Positions 47,312-57,471 of a stretch of 60,533 nt of DNA are shown here, piece by piece. The notes beneath the pieces are model-generated. The model saw only the letters and a program-made list of their open reading frames with translations, made no database searches and was not told the origin of the DNA. Source of the DNA: Thermodesulfobacteriota bacterium (GTDB taxonomy: Bacteria > Desulfobacterota > Desulfobulbia > Desulfobulbales > BM004). Numbering within the stretch: position 1 is the stretch's first letter; each line of letters begins with the position of its first letter. The DNA lies in the NCBI GenBank assembly GCA_042576125.1, contig JBHPCH010000002.1, positions 1-60,533 of the forward strand, in the 5' to 3' direction. The translations under genes were made by a program, and so were the position numbers.

Positions 47312-48076
47312 TCAGTCTCTGCAGACATCATCATATTCTTCTATTTTGGGTATTACATGTAAAAAAAGATTCAGAACGCTGTCGGCGTTTTTTCTCATGG
47401 TATCCAGAATCATCTCCCATGTGACCGATTCTTCACCCTCACGCCAGCAATCGTAATCAGTGGACATGGCAGCAGAAGCATAATGAATTTTCTTTTCCCG
47501 GGCAAGACTCACTTCCGGCACGGTGCTCATATTTATGACATCGGCATTCCAGGACCGAAACATATGGCTTTCTGCCTTGGTTGAAAAACGCGGCCCTTCA
47601 ATGGTGATTACTGTCTTTTCAGTATGGTGCTGAATACCAAGTTTTTGGGCAGATTCTGCTAAAAGTTGGCGCAAATTAGGACAAAATGGCTCTGCCATAG
47701 GGGTATGCACAACGACATCCCCGTCAAAAAAAGTCTTTTCTCTTTTTCTGGTAAAATCTATGAACTGGTCAGGAAAAACAAGGTGCCCCGGCTCAATCTC
47801 CTCCCGCAGAGACCCTACAGCAGTTGCTGCCAGGATATGCGTACAGCCATATTCTTTCAAAGCCCAGATATTAGCCCTGAAGTTCACCTGAGATGGCCTG
47901 ATTGAGTGCTTCTTGCCATGCCTGGCTAAAATAGCAATATCGACTCCTTCTATTTTTCCACATGTTAATGTGGAGGAGGGCTTGCCGTAAGGGGTATCTA
48001 TTTCAAGCTCCTCAGGTTTTTGTAAAATCTTCGGGTCATCCAGACCTGAACCGCCAATAATACCTACCTTAATCAT
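47312..48076 (-). CDS. mtnP: S-methyl-5'-thioadenosine phosphorylase
   Basis: 254 aa with IGIIGGSG...TPYG.PS...LARHG..H...PSQVNFRANIWALKE.G motifs of the MTAP family. Confidence 0.85.
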   Translation of the reverse strand: MIKVGIIGGSGLDDPKILQKPEELEIDTPYGKPSSTLTCGKIEGVDIAILARHGKKHSIRPSQVNFRANIWALKEYGCTHILAATAVGSLREEIEPGHLVFPDQFIDFTRKREKTFFDGDVVVHTPMAEPFCPNLRQLLAESAQKLGIQHHTEKTVITIEGPRFSTKAESHMFRSWNADVINMSTVPEVSLAREKKIHYASAAMSTDYDCWREGEESVTWEMILDTMRKNADSVLNLFLHVIPKIEEYDDVCRD

Positions 48077-48319
48077 TTGTATCTCCTTTAATCATTGAGC
48101 TGTATCATGAATCGTGCATTAAAATATGTGTAACCATGCAAAAAGTAAAAAGAATTAGCAAGTCGTTTTTTGCTGTCGGCCTGCCGCCATTTTTGCTATT
48201 AAACACAATAAAGCATCAGATGCCCGGATCAAATACCTCTTTGCTTTTTATCGATCTTTTTTTATCCTGTCCTGCAGGAGAAGCACCTATTTGCAATATG
48301 GTCTGAAAGGGAAATCATC

Positions 48320-48985
48320 ATGTGTGGACGTTTCGCCCTTAAAACTCCTCCAAAATCCATTCAGGAACACTTCCACCTTCCTGAAACAGTTGAACTGTCT
48401 CCCAGGTACAATATCGCTCCGTCACAAACGGTAGCTGTTGTCAGACACCTACCAAAAAATAATTCACCTCAACTGAACATGCTCCGCTGGGGTTTGATCC
48501 CGCACTGGGCTAAAGATATGAAAATAGGGTACAAACTCATCAATGCAAGGGGTGAGACCCTTAAGCAAAAAACCTCCTTTCGCTCTGCTTTCAAAATGCG
48601 ACGCTGCCTGATAGTGGCTGACGGCTTTTATGAATGGAAACGTTCCGGAAAGATCAGGCAGCCCTTTTATGTGCATTTAAAAAGTGACTCTCTTTTCGGT
48701 TTTGCAGGACTCTGGGAATCATGGAATGACCCGGATGGAAACATAGTTGAATCAACCACTATTATCACCACCTCACCAAACGAACTTATCAGGGAAATCC
48801 ACGACAGAATGCCTGTTATTCTCCACCCTGACCAGTATGAAACCTGGCTGTTGGATTCGACGCCGGAACATGCATTGCAGGAGCTTCTCGCATCCTATCC
48901 GGCAGATAAAATGGCAGCGTACAGGGTCAGTTTAGAAGTCAACAGTCCTCAAAATGACTCACCGGACTGCTTAATACCGATATGA
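48320..48985 (+). CDS. SOS response-associated peptidase (SRAP/YedK family, abasic-site sensor)
   Basis: 221 aa starting MCGRFAL (catalytic Cys2), with NIAPSQ and FYEW motifs. Confidence 0.85.
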   Translation: MCGRFALKTPPKSIQEHFHLPETVELSPRYNIAPSQTVAVVRHLPKNNSPQLNMLRWGLIPHWAKDMKIGYKLINARGETLKQKTSFRSAFKMRRCLIVADGFYEWKRSGKIRQPFYVHLKSDSLFGFAGLWESWNDPDGNIVESTTIITTSPNELIREIHDRMPVILHPDQYETWLLDSTPEHALQELLASYPADKMAAYRVSLEVNSPQNDSPDCLIPI

Positions 48986-48991
48986 TTAATC

Positions 48992-49807
48992 ATGAAAGAT
49001 GAAGCCTGCATATGCTTTCTGCAATGGGCCCTGCCCCATTTGAAGATGCGCTGGTCCGGTTTCAAGAAAGTACGTGGCCAGGTGTGCAAACGTCTTGGCC
49101 GTCGTCTTGATGAATTGAAACTGGTTGACCTGAAAAACTACCGGAGATATTTACAGAATAATCCCCTGGAATGGCAAATTCTTGACAGTTTATGCAGAAT
49201 TACCATCTCCAGGTTTTATCGCGACCAGGGAATTTTCGATACTCTCCGCTCAAAAATTTTACCTGAACTGATAAAAAAAGCCCTGCAACAAGGAGACGAA
49301 ACCCTTTCCTGCTGGTGCATTGGGGCCGCCTCTGGCGAAGAACCTTATTCAATAAGCTTGATATGGGATCTATCAGGGATTAACACAAAGGGTATTGATC
49401 TCAAGATATTGGCCACCGATGTGGATCAGCACATGATTAAACGGGCCAGATACGGTTGTTACCCTGAGAGCTGCATCCGTGAATTGCCTGCAGCAATGAA
49501 GACCAGGGCATTCACTCATGACAATGAACTTTTCTGCATAAATGAAATTTTCAAAAAAAGGGTAAAATTCCTGGAGCAGGACATCAGGAACGAACAGCTC
49601 ACCTCAACTTTTGATCTCATTTTTTGCCGAAACCTGGTTTTTACTTATTTTTCCTGTGAACGACAGAAAGAAATTCTCCGAAAAATTCTTATGTGCCTCA
49701 AAGAAGGGGGGGCGTTTGTAATAGGAAGCCATGAAGAGTTGCCCGAAATCGTTCCAAATCTGATTCCGTGGTACCCTGAAAAGTCAATCTACAGAAGAGA
49801 AGGATAA
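48992..49807 (+). CDS. CheR-type SAM-dependent protein-glutamate methyltransferase (orphan)
   Basis: 271 aa with ISRFYRD, WCIGAASGEEPYS, ATDVD...ARYG.Y and FCRNLVFTYF motifs of the CheR family. No other che genes in the window. Confidence 0.75.
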   Translation: MKDEACICFLQWALPHLKMRWSGFKKVRGQVCKRLGRRLDELKLVDLKNYRRYLQNNPLEWQILDSLCRITISRFYRDQGIFDTLRSKILPELIKKALQQGDETLSCWCIGAASGEEPYSISLIWDLSGINTKGIDLKILATDVDQHMIKRARYGCYPESCIRELPAAMKTRAFTHDNELFCINEIFKKRVKFLEQDIRNEQLTSTFDLIFCRNLVFTYFSCERQKEILRKILMCLKEGGAFVIGSHEELPEIVPNLIPWYPEKSIYRREG

Positions 49808-49848
49808 ATTTAAGTTGACATTGGTAATTTTTTTACCAATATGGGGCC

Positions 49849-51306
49849 ATGTCAAAATCAGGAACAAAAAAAATCCCAAAAACGCAAAACTGGCTCATTT
49901 TTCTTCTGGTTGCTATCGGCATCTTTATGGCAACCCTGGATGGTTCCATTGTCAATATAGCGCTTCCTTCCATAATGGCAGATTTTGCTGTTCCCCTTGC
50001 CACAATCCAGTGGGTGGTCATGATATACCTTTTAACCGTTACCTCCCTGTTGCTTTCCTTCGGCAGATTAAGTGACATCCGCGGCAGAAGGGTGGTTTAC
50101 AGTCTTGGCTTATGCCTTTTTTCCTTTGGCTCCTTTTTTTGCGGCATAGCACCTTCAGCTCACTGGCTTATCGGGTCCCGTTTTTTTCAGGGACTGGGTG
50201 CTGCAATGACCATGGCCTGCACTCCGGCCCTGATCGTTGATATCTTCCCGGAAAGAGAACGCGGCAGGGCCATAGGCATGATGGGGTCGGTAGTGGCTTC
50301 CGGCTTAACTGCAGGACCTGCGCTGGGGGGTCTGCTGATTCATTATTTTTCCTGGAGGGCCATTTTCTATATTAACATCCCCATCGGCCTGCTCACTGGT
50401 GCTGGTGTCTTTTTTCTCTTAAAAGGCAGCAAGGCGGACATCACCAGACCGGAAACCTTTGACTGGCCAGGAGCAACTCTTCTGGCTGTCCTTCTGGGCT
50501 CCTTGCTTGTTGCTATAACCCATGCCTATGATTGGGGATATTTTTCTTTTTCCACCCTTTCACTCATGGCTGTTTCCATTCTGGCCACAACCTGTCTCAT
50601 CTACGTTGAATCACGGGTCAAACATCCAATTCTTTCGCGCTCACTTTTTGGAATAAAACTTTTTTCCATGCCGATCGTTTCAGCAATTATCCTCTTTATC
50701 TGCCTCTTTTCCCTTGTATTTCTCATGCCGTTTTATCTTATCCATCCCGGCGGCTATCCGGTAAATGCGACAGGTGGAATCATGGCCTCTATTTTTATCT
50801 CTTTATTTATTATTTCACCCTTTTCAGGTGCGCTTTATGACCGCATCGGCTCCCGCCTGCTCTGCACCCTGGCAATGGCGATTATTGCCTGCTCCCTTTT
50901 CTCTCTTGCCACCATTCACGCCAATGCTTCTTTTTTCTCAATAATCTGGCGTCTTTCACTGGCAGGGATAGGCACAGCTGTTTTTCTGCCGCCAAACAGT
51001 GCCGCCGCCTTCAGTGCAGTCTCGCCTGAAAGGCGCGGAGTGGCTGCAGCAACAGTTGCTGCAGCTCGCAATCTCGGTATGGTACTGGGAGTGGCAATCA
51101 CCGGGGCAATTTTCAATAGTGTATTTTACAGGTTAAGCAACGGGTTAAGCCTGAAAGAATATCACCCTGCCCTGGAAGGGATTTTTATGGAAAGCTTTCA
51201 TTTTGTCATGATGGCAGGAGGGTTTATCGCTATCCTCGGCATGGTCATCGCTTTCCTGCGCGGTCCGGAAAAGACCGGTTCCAGAAATCAGCACTTTGGG
51301 GTATAA
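49849..51306 (+). CDS. MFS transporter, 14-TMS DHA2 (EmrB/QacA-like) type
   Basis: 485 aa, about 14 TM segments, with LDGSIVNIALPSI and GRLSDIRGRR motifs. Confidence 0.8.
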   Translation: MSKSGTKKIPKTQNWLIFLLVAIGIFMATLDGSIVNIALPSIMADFAVPLATIQWVVMIYLLTVTSLLLSFGRLSDIRGRRVVYSLGLCLFSFGSFFCGIAPSAHWLIGSRFFQGLGAAMTMACTPALIVDIFPERERGRAIGMMGSVVASGLTAGPALGGLLIHYFSWRAIFYINIPIGLLTGAGVFFLLKGSKADITRPETFDWPGATLLAVLLGSLLVAITHAYDWGYFSFSTLSLMAVSILATTCLIYVESRVKHPILSRSLFGIKLFSMPIVSAIILFICLFSLVFLMPFYLIHPGGYPVNATGGIMASIFISLFIISPFSGALYDRIGSRLLCTLAMAIIACSLFSLATIHANASFFSIIWRLSLAGIGTAVFLPPNSAAAFSAVSPERRGVAAATVAAARNLGMVLGVAITGAIFNSVFYRLSNGLSLKEYHPALEGIFMESFHFVMMAGGFIAILGMVIAFLRGPEKTGSRNQHFGV

Positions 51307-51401
51307 TTTTTTACCACTATAAGTTTTTATGAATATTTAATGTTAATAATATCTTTCCATTTGACTTGAGAAACACGAAACCATTCAGAGGAGTGATTAC
51401 C

Positions 51402-51974
51402 ATGCGAAACCTGTTCTATATGATTTTCATACTTGCTATTATTTCTACCGGTTGTGCACCTGTTGTTGTTGGTGGTGCTGCTACCGGGGCTTACAAAACA
51501 GGCACTGACGAAAGAACAATGGGTACCATGGTGGATGATTCCACTATATCCAGTAAAGTCAAAATGAATCTGATCAGCGCTTCCGACGTGAAAGCCAGAC
51601 GTATCGATGTTGACGTCTTGAATGGCGTGGTAACTCTCACCGGTCTTGTTGAGAGTGCTGCTGAAATTAAAAAAGCTGAGGAGATTGCCTTTGCTGTTGC
51701 AGGAGTTAAAGGTGTGACCAACTATCTGACTGTTGGAAGCAGAACTATGGGCCAGGCCCTGGAAGACAATATTATCGTTGGGAAAATTAACTCAAACCTT
51801 ATTGTTGAACCTAATATGAGGTCATTAAATATCGATGTGGATTCCAATAACGGCGTAGTTACGCTTACCGGAATCGTAGCAAATGCAGAACAAAAAAATA
51901 GAGCTTTAGAAATTGCTAAAGCGACAGCGGGGGTTGTTAAGGTTGTTGATAACCTGAAGGTAAATAAGCAATAA
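51402..51974 (+). CDS. lipoprotein with two BON domains (OsmY/DolP-like)
   Basis: The ATG at 51402 has a GAGGAG SD. Lipobox ISTGC. Two BON repeats (IDVDVLNGVVTLTGLV..., IDVDSNNGVVTLTGIV...). Confidence 0.8.
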   Translation: MRNLFYMIFILAIISTGCAPVVVGGAATGAYKTGTDERTMGTMVDDSTISSKVKMNLISASDVKARRIDVDVLNGVVTLTGLVESAAEIKKAEEIAFAVAGVKGVTNYLTVGSRTMGQALEDNIIVGKINSNLIVEPNMRSLNIDVDSNNGVVTLTGIVANAEQKNRALEIAKATAGVVKVVDNLKVNKQ

Positions 51975-52119
51975 ACAATCCCTAAAGGCAGGGACATAAT
52001 GTTTCACAGAATCGTTCGTGATACATTGTTTGAAGAATCGAGAATAACTGAGCCACCTTATATTTAACTGAGTGGCTTCAAGCCAGGACAGAGCTTCTTC
52101 CCTTTTTCTGGAGATGCAC

Positions 52120-53601
52120 TCACGTTTTTGCCGAATCCTCCTCAATTGGAAAGGTGAGGGTAAAGGTCACGCCTTCCCCACCGGGATTGTTCACAACAGA
52201 GATATCACCACCATGGTGTTGCTCGACAAGGCGTTTGGTTATTGCCAGGCCCAGACCTGTTCCCTTGGACTTGGTAGTAAAAAAGGGTTTGAATACTTCA
52301 GTAAGTGATTTTTCCTCTATACCTTTCCCATTATCGACAAAGGAGATTTGCACTAAACCATCCGAGGACTGCCGTGTTTGTATGGTTATGACACCCTGAC
52401 GTTCAGAAGCCGAGTAGATAGCGTCTACCGCATTGAGTATCAGATTCAGAAAAATCTGTTGCAGCTGACCAGGGTCGGCAACAATATTCGGAAGTTCAGG
52501 ACTGAGCTCCCTGACGAATTCGATCTGCCTGTCTTGGCCATTAACCTTATATTTTGGTGAACGCAGGGAATAACGGGCTGATTTGATTGTTCCCTCCAGG
52601 AGCTGGTTTACATCCAGGGAAATCAACTTGGGTTTCGGGGGACGGGCATAGCTAAGCAAACCTTTGAGCATGGCCATGATTCTGTCAATTTCATTGATCA
52701 CCCGGAGAAGCACCTCTTTGTCCTCCTGGGGGAGGGGTGAGTCTTGACTGAGAACTTCCATGGAAACCTTGATCCCTGCCATGGGATTCTTTATTTCATG
52801 AGCCATGCCGGCTGCAAGTTCTCCGACCACGGCCAGCCGTTCCGTCTGCTGTAATTTAGTATATTGCTCCTCCAGGGAAACAGCCATCTCGTTAAATGAT
52901 CCGGCCAGCTCTCCAAACTCGTCTTTTAAGTTTTTTTCTATCCGATACTGCAGCTTACCTGATTTGATCTTGCGGGTAGCTCCCAGGAGCTCTGTAACCG
53001 GCCCGGTAATACTTTTGATGAAATATATTGAGAAAATGACTCCCACTAAAAATGCAAAGACCAGAGTGCCTGTTAAAATCTTTTTAGAGTCAGCCACATC
53101 CGCCATTGCCACAGTTGTCTTTTGCCGCAAGGACTCGTTGGCTATTATTGCCATCCATTGAGACTTCTCAATTATCCTGTCACCGATATCAGCTGCAAAA
53201 ATCTGAAGTCGCTTGATACGTTGAGTGTCGGCCGTCGAAGTTATAAAATAACTAAGAGCCTCACTGTACTGCCCTGTCAATTCCTGCAACTGACTAATTT
53301 CATTGGCCATCCCTGGTTCATGATGGCAATCAGAACATGTTCCAGCCCGATCACTCAGTTTGAGGACATTATCCACTATAATGTCCAAATCCTTGTTGAA
53401 TGAAGTACCAATGGTATACAGATTTGACTGAACCGTCTGGACGTTGATGACCAGTTCCTGCCGGATAACCTCTACTTTATGCAGCAAAAGCAGAGAGGCA
53501 AGATTCGTGGTTGTCTTGTTGATAATATGCAGGGTTGTGGCGATGCCCGTGAGGAACAACAGGAATAACAAGAAGAAGGCCATGATAATTTTTTTCTTCA
53601 T
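52120..53601 (-). CDS. sensor histidine kinase: TM - helical periplasmic domain with CXXCH - TM - HAMP - HisKA - HATPase_c
   Basis: 493 aa. TM1 at aa 6-25, CSDCH at aa 89-93, TM2 at about aa 186-207. HAMP (ITGPVTELLGATRKIKSGKLQYRI...FNEMAVSL), H-box AAGMAHEIKNPMAGI, ATPase boxes NAVDA, DNGKGI and GTGLGL. Last gene of the mtrAB-like operon. Confidence 0.85.
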   Translation of the reverse strand: MKKKIIMAFFLLFLLFLTGIATTLHIINKTTTNLASLLLLHKVEVIRQELVINVQTVQSNLYTIGTSFNKDLDIIVDNVLKLSDRAGTCSDCHHEPGMANEISQLQELTGQYSEALSYFITSTADTQRIKRLQIFAADIGDRIIEKSQWMAIIANESLRQKTTVAMADVADSKKILTGTLVFAFLVGVIFSIYFIKSITGPVTELLGATRKIKSGKLQYRIEKNLKDEFGELAGSFNEMAVSLEEQYTKLQQTERLAVVGELAAGMAHEIKNPMAGIKVSMEVLSQDSPLPQEDKEVLLRVINEIDRIMAMLKGLLSYARPPKPKLISLDVNQLLEGTIKSARYSLRSPKYKVNGQDRQIEFVRELSPELPNIVADPGQLQQIFLNLILNAVDAIYSASERQGVITIQTRQSSDGLVQISFVDNGKGIEEKSLTEVFKPFFTTKSKGTGLGLAITKRLVEQHHGGDISVVNNPGGEGVTFTLTFPIEEDSAKT

Positions 53602-53604
53602 CTG

Positions 53605-54519
53605 TTACTTACCGTGTACCGTTAGGGCTCCCAGGGCCTTCTGTGCCATTTTTTCTATGATGCTAAAATCCTCTTTGTTTGACTCGACAAAACGCTTGGC
53701 GTTAAATTGTTTGAGAACCTTCATGCCATAATCCGTTCTGTCCATTTGAATCAGAACACTGCGCAACCTTTCACGTAAATCCTGATCAATTTCACTTTTT
53801 ATGCAGAGGGTAACTTCAGGGACTTTGGGGGATCGGGCAATAATTTCCAACTCCTGCCCAACAGAAGGATCATTGTTTACCAGGTTGTTATAAACCGTAC
53901 TTTTCGCTGAACCAATGTCAGCCCTTCCGTCCAGTACTGCAAAAATTGCCGATTCATGGCTGCCTGAAAAATAATATCGATGAAAAAACTTGTTCATTTC
54001 CTTAACACCATGCTGCTCCAAAAATGCCAGAGGGAAAAGGTATCCTTCCATTGTTGCCGGGTCCACAAATACTATGTTACCATTTTCCATATCAGAAACG
54101 CTTCTTATGCCGCTGTCTTTCCGTACAAAAATGTATCCCTGCGAAGTTACCTCCCCCTTCAGGTTGACTGGATTAACAATGGGTGCCAAATTTAACTCTT
54201 TAATACCCAGGGTGGCGGTATAGGAAGTCAGAAATGCTCCATCCAACTTGAGGGTTTTAAACCGTTTAATCACTTCACCATAACGGCTCATTATGGTGAG
54301 TTTTACTTTTACCCCAAGTTGATCCGAAAGGTACTCGGCAATGTAGCGATACCGTTTCATCTGCTCAAAGATATTGTGCTCGGGTTCGATACCGATCAGC
54401 AGTTCACTTGTCTGCCCGAAAACGATAACCGGCATAGCTGCTGAGGAGATAAAACAGAAAAGCAGAAAAGCGATAAAGCTTCGCAAAATATTATTTTTCG
54501 GCAGAGAAATCGACCTCAT
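53605..54519 (-). CDS. periplasmic binding protein, PhnD-like (phosphonate-bd type fold), orphan
   Basis: 304 aa with a signal peptide. LLIGIEPEHN...YIAEYLSDQLGVKVKL...LDGAFLTSY...GYIFVRKDSGIRS...VFVDPATMEGYLFP pattern. The start overlaps the upstream stop by 4 nt. Confidence 0.6.
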   Translation of the reverse strand: MRSISLPKNNILRSFIAFLLFCFISSAAMPVIVFGQTSELLIGIEPEHNIFEQMKRYRYIAEYLSDQLGVKVKLTIMSRYGEVIKRFKTLKLDGAFLTSYTATLGIKELNLAPIVNPVNLKGEVTSQGYIFVRKDSGIRSVSDMENGNIVFVDPATMEGYLFPLAFLEQHGVKEMNKFFHRYYFSGSHESAIFAVLDGRADIGSAKSTVYNNLVNNDPSVGQELEIIARSPKVPEVTLCIKSEIDQDLRERLRSVLIQMDRTDYGMKVLKQFNAKRFVESNKEDFSIIEKMAQKALGALTVHGK

Positions 54520-55454
54520 TCAATAACCCTTGTAGCTTCAATTAACAGCTGAATGGGGATAGTAATACCGAGATACTTTGCTTCCACAAGATTTAACACC
54601 AACTCCGTATCACGAAAGATATGGGCGGGAACGTCAACAGGCTTTTTCCCACTCAGAATCTGTGATACTAATTCCGCAGCCATTTCTCCCTGCGAAGCCG
54701 TCGGTTGATACAGAGTCATCAGCACCCCGGACTCCGAATTGTCCGGAAAAATATCAGCAACAGGAACCTGTTTTTGATCCAAAATCGTTATAATTTCATC
54801 GAGCCACAAGTGAGCGATAGAACTTCCCGTCATAAAAACGGCATCCGCATTTATTGCCTTCAGTTTTTCCAGTTCGGCGCGTGACCGAATATCAATTTTT
54901 TCAGTTTTTATTTTCTGCTGTGAGCAAAGGAGTTGCATTGTTTCGTATTGCCGAACCGAATCTTCTTCAGTACTGCTGAAAACAATGCCTATGGTGTTGA
55001 CTGTTTTGAAACGTTTAAAGTATCGAAGAATACTCGACAGAGGTACCTTAAAGCCACAACCTGTAACATTTTTTGCGCTTAGAGCTGCTTCATCAGGTTC
55101 GTACAAACCGGCATAAACCAGAGGGATTTTGCTTTTTTCCTGGATAACGGCATGGGTCGCGGGGGAACCATATGTCATGATAAGGTCTACATCAAATGCT
55201 ATGAGTTTTCGGGCGGCGTTACTCCAGGATATGGGATTCGGGAAAGGTCTTTGCAGGAGTATCTCTAATTTTTCAGTCCCGGTATATCTCTTGTTCATTT
55301 CAGCGACAAAGCTATCATGTATCTCCCTGTAAAAAGAGATATCACCGGTCATGATTACACCTATTCGTTTTTCCGCATGCAAACCCGGTGCGGCAGCAAG
55401 AACGAATAAAACCGTGAGCAGTATTCTCAGCAAATGGTGGTGTAACGTACTCAA
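54516..55454 (-). CDS. periplasmic binding protein, ABC_sub_bind-like, orphan
   Basis: 312 aa with a signal peptide. RIGVIMTGDISFYREIHDSF...IMTYGSPAT... layout parallel to the protein at 23187-24143. Starts 1 nt after the mtrB-like stop. Confidence 0.6.
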   Translation of the reverse strand: MSTLHHHLLRILLTVLFVLAAAPGLHAEKRIGVIMTGDISFYREIHDSFVAEMNKRYTGTEKLEILLQRPFPNPISWSNAARKLIAFDVDLIMTYGSPATHAVIQEKSKIPLVYAGLYEPDEAALSAKNVTGCGFKVPLSSILRYFKRFKTVNTIGIVFSSTEEDSVRQYETMQLLCSQQKIKTEKIDIRSRAELEKLKAINADAVFMTGSSIAHLWLDEIITILDQKQVPVADIFPDNSESGVLMTLYQPTASQGEMAAELVSQILSGKKPVDVPAHIFRDTELVLNLVEAKYLGITIPIQLLIEATRVIE

Positions 55455-55455
55455 T

Positions 55456-57471
55456 TTAAAAATACCTTTTCATGGTGAAGGTGGAGCTGAACACATCGCC
55501 ATCCAAAAAGTCCGTAGATGTATCATCATCGTATTTATTAAAAAACAGCCTGAGCCCGATTTCCCAGTCTTTGGGAAGTTTTTTGGCCATATCAAGAGAA
55601 AAGCTTGTTTCTGATGCTTCAAAATCTGACAATGAGGATAAAGACTCTCCTTCAAACACAACAGTATAATCGGTTGAAGCTTTGGTTATTGTATGGGAAA
55701 GATCGGCTCCCACAGTAAAATCATCCCGCGGGACCCAATAAAAGGATAATGAAAAGGAGTTAGCATTATCTGTATAGGGAACCCCTAAATCTATAAAATA
55801 TGGAGGAACATCAGTTGGCACTTTTGAGAACACAAGATCCTGTTCTACTTTCATGCGCTGATAATACCAGCTTGCAGTAAATGAAAGCTTGGGAGTAATT
55901 CCTGTCGTAAAGCTGGCGAGAAAGTGCTCACGTTTCCCATCTCTTTCCAGTTGGTCAGGAACATCAAGATAACTCAAGGAATCTCTACCAGTCAGAACCA
56001 GAAGGTATTCCGCATAAATATTAAGGTCAGGAGATGGTGTGTAGGTAGTTGTCAAATACAGTTTATTGGAATTATCCGGGTTCGTGTTAAATCCAGGCTG
56101 ATCGTAATTCTTATATTCGTATAATGCTTTTACCTTGAGTTTATTTAGAGGCCTTGCCCTTGCAGTGAAGTTAATTGTGTGGATACTGGTTCGCCCGGAA
56201 AGAAGCTCCCAGTCTGCGGTATCTTTTCGTTCGAGATGGGAAAACTCATAGTCTGCATATAACGACAGAAAATTTACCGGTTTATATCTGGTGGATAAGG
56301 TGAGCACGTCTTTTTTATATGACATACCCTGCCGGACCGGAGAGAGGTTATTATAATAGGTTTTGTCACCATTATAGCCAATCAGATAAACAGTACCGGG
56401 AGTATCCATGTCCACATCTTTATGCCGGTATTTGAAGAAGAGGCCTAATACAGGATCGGGTACCCAACTGATGTCAAAGGCTCCCTTCCAGGTGGTGGAC
56501 TCTGTCAGGCTGAAATTATTTTTCTGGAACAGATTACTAAAAGTTGCGGCAGCGACAATCCCGCCGGTATAGGATGAATGCATCTTGATAGTGTGGGCCG
56601 ATGATTCGGTTTCCGGAATGACATTGTGCGGGTAAGTACCTGCAGGTCTATCTGGGAAGGTTGAACTTGTATATGCAGGAAAATTTTCATAACGAAGAAT
56701 ATTGTTTGAACCTGGATCGAATTTGGACTGATCATAAGCGTATTCAATCTCAACAGGTCCGAGGTGACTGTTGACTCCAAGTGTTACGGTATCTGTCTCC
56801 CATTCTATGTCCCGGGATTCGGATATCATTTTGTTTATGCCACCGAACCCATTTGGCTCGCCGAGTTGATTTATATATCCGGGCATAAACCTCTGCTGTA
56901 TCCTGCCGTCCTTTTCAACATGGCGATGATTAACAAAGGTGTGAAAGGGAAAATCCGGGGTCTTCAGTCTAAGTAATATAAGGTTGCTGGTAAAATCCTT
57001 ATAATAAGCATCAGTTGGATTATTGTCGTCACGGAGGTTTGAGGAAGAATAATTATAATGACTCAGATTATGCTGGACCCCTCCCAGGATGTCCCTGAAC
57101 AGGAGTAAATCTTTATAGGCGAAACCGGCATCCAAATAAAAATCATGCTTGCTGATAAATTCGGTATTGATGTGATACCTGTATGGTAGCGGGGCTGACA
57201 GCAGATTAAGACCAAAACTCATAGATGAATGAGGGTAACTGAATTCAGCCGCTTTCAATGAATCATCGGTGGAAATTACCCGGTATCCCAGAGAAAAATC
57301 ACCTTCAGTCTTGAAGCTGACAGCAGAATCTGCCGTTACCGTACTAACGACCGGCCCGGTAGTCTCTGGGAGTGGCTGGTCTTCTGCAGCCATACTGATA
57401 GAAATTCCACAGCATAGGACAAGTCCGAAAACAAAAACCTTCAAGCCCCAATCCTTTTTTATATAACTCAT
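55456..57471 (-). CDS. MtrB/PioB-like outer-membrane beta-barrel (porin partner of a decahaem cytochrome)
   Basis: About 671 aa from the ATG at 57471, which overlaps the cytochrome stop as ATGA. Signal peptide (VFVFGLVLCCGISISMA), Tyr/Asp/Ser/Thr-rich alternating beta-strand pattern and a C-terminal ...KRYF. Size and position match MtrB-type partners. The longest ORF starts at 57543. Confidence 0.65.
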   Translation of the reverse strand: MSYIKKDWGLKVFVFGLVLCCGISISMAAEDQPLPETTGPVVSTVTADSAVSFKTEGDFSLGYRVISTDDSLKAAEFSYPHSSMSFGLNLLSAPLPYRYHINTEFISKHDFYLDAGFAYKDLLLFRDILGGVQHNLSHYNYSSSNLRDDNNPTDAYYKDFTSNLILLRLKTPDFPFHTFVNHRHVEKDGRIQQRFMPGYINQLGEPNGFGGINKMISESRDIEWETDTVTLGVNSHLGPVEIEYAYDQSKFDPGSNNILRYENFPAYTSSTFPDRPAGTYPHNVIPETESSAHTIKMHSSYTGGIVAAATFSNLFQKNNFSLTESTTWKGAFDISWVPDPVLGLFFKYRHKDVDMDTPGTVYLIGYNGDKTYYNNLSPVRQGMSYKKDVLTLSTRYKPVNFLSLYADYEFSHLERKDTADWELLSGRTSIHTINFTARARPLNKLKVKALYEYKNYDQPGFNTNPDNSNKLYLTTTYTPSPDLNIYAEYLLVLTGRDSLSYLDVPDQLERDGKREHFLASFTTGITPKLSFTASWYYQRMKVEQDLVFSKVPTDVPPYFIDLGVPYTDNANSFSLSFYWVPRDDFTVGADLSHTITKASTDYTVVFEGESLSSLSDFEASETSFSLDMAKKLPKDWEIGLRLFFNKYDDDTSTDFLDGDVFSSTFTMKRYF

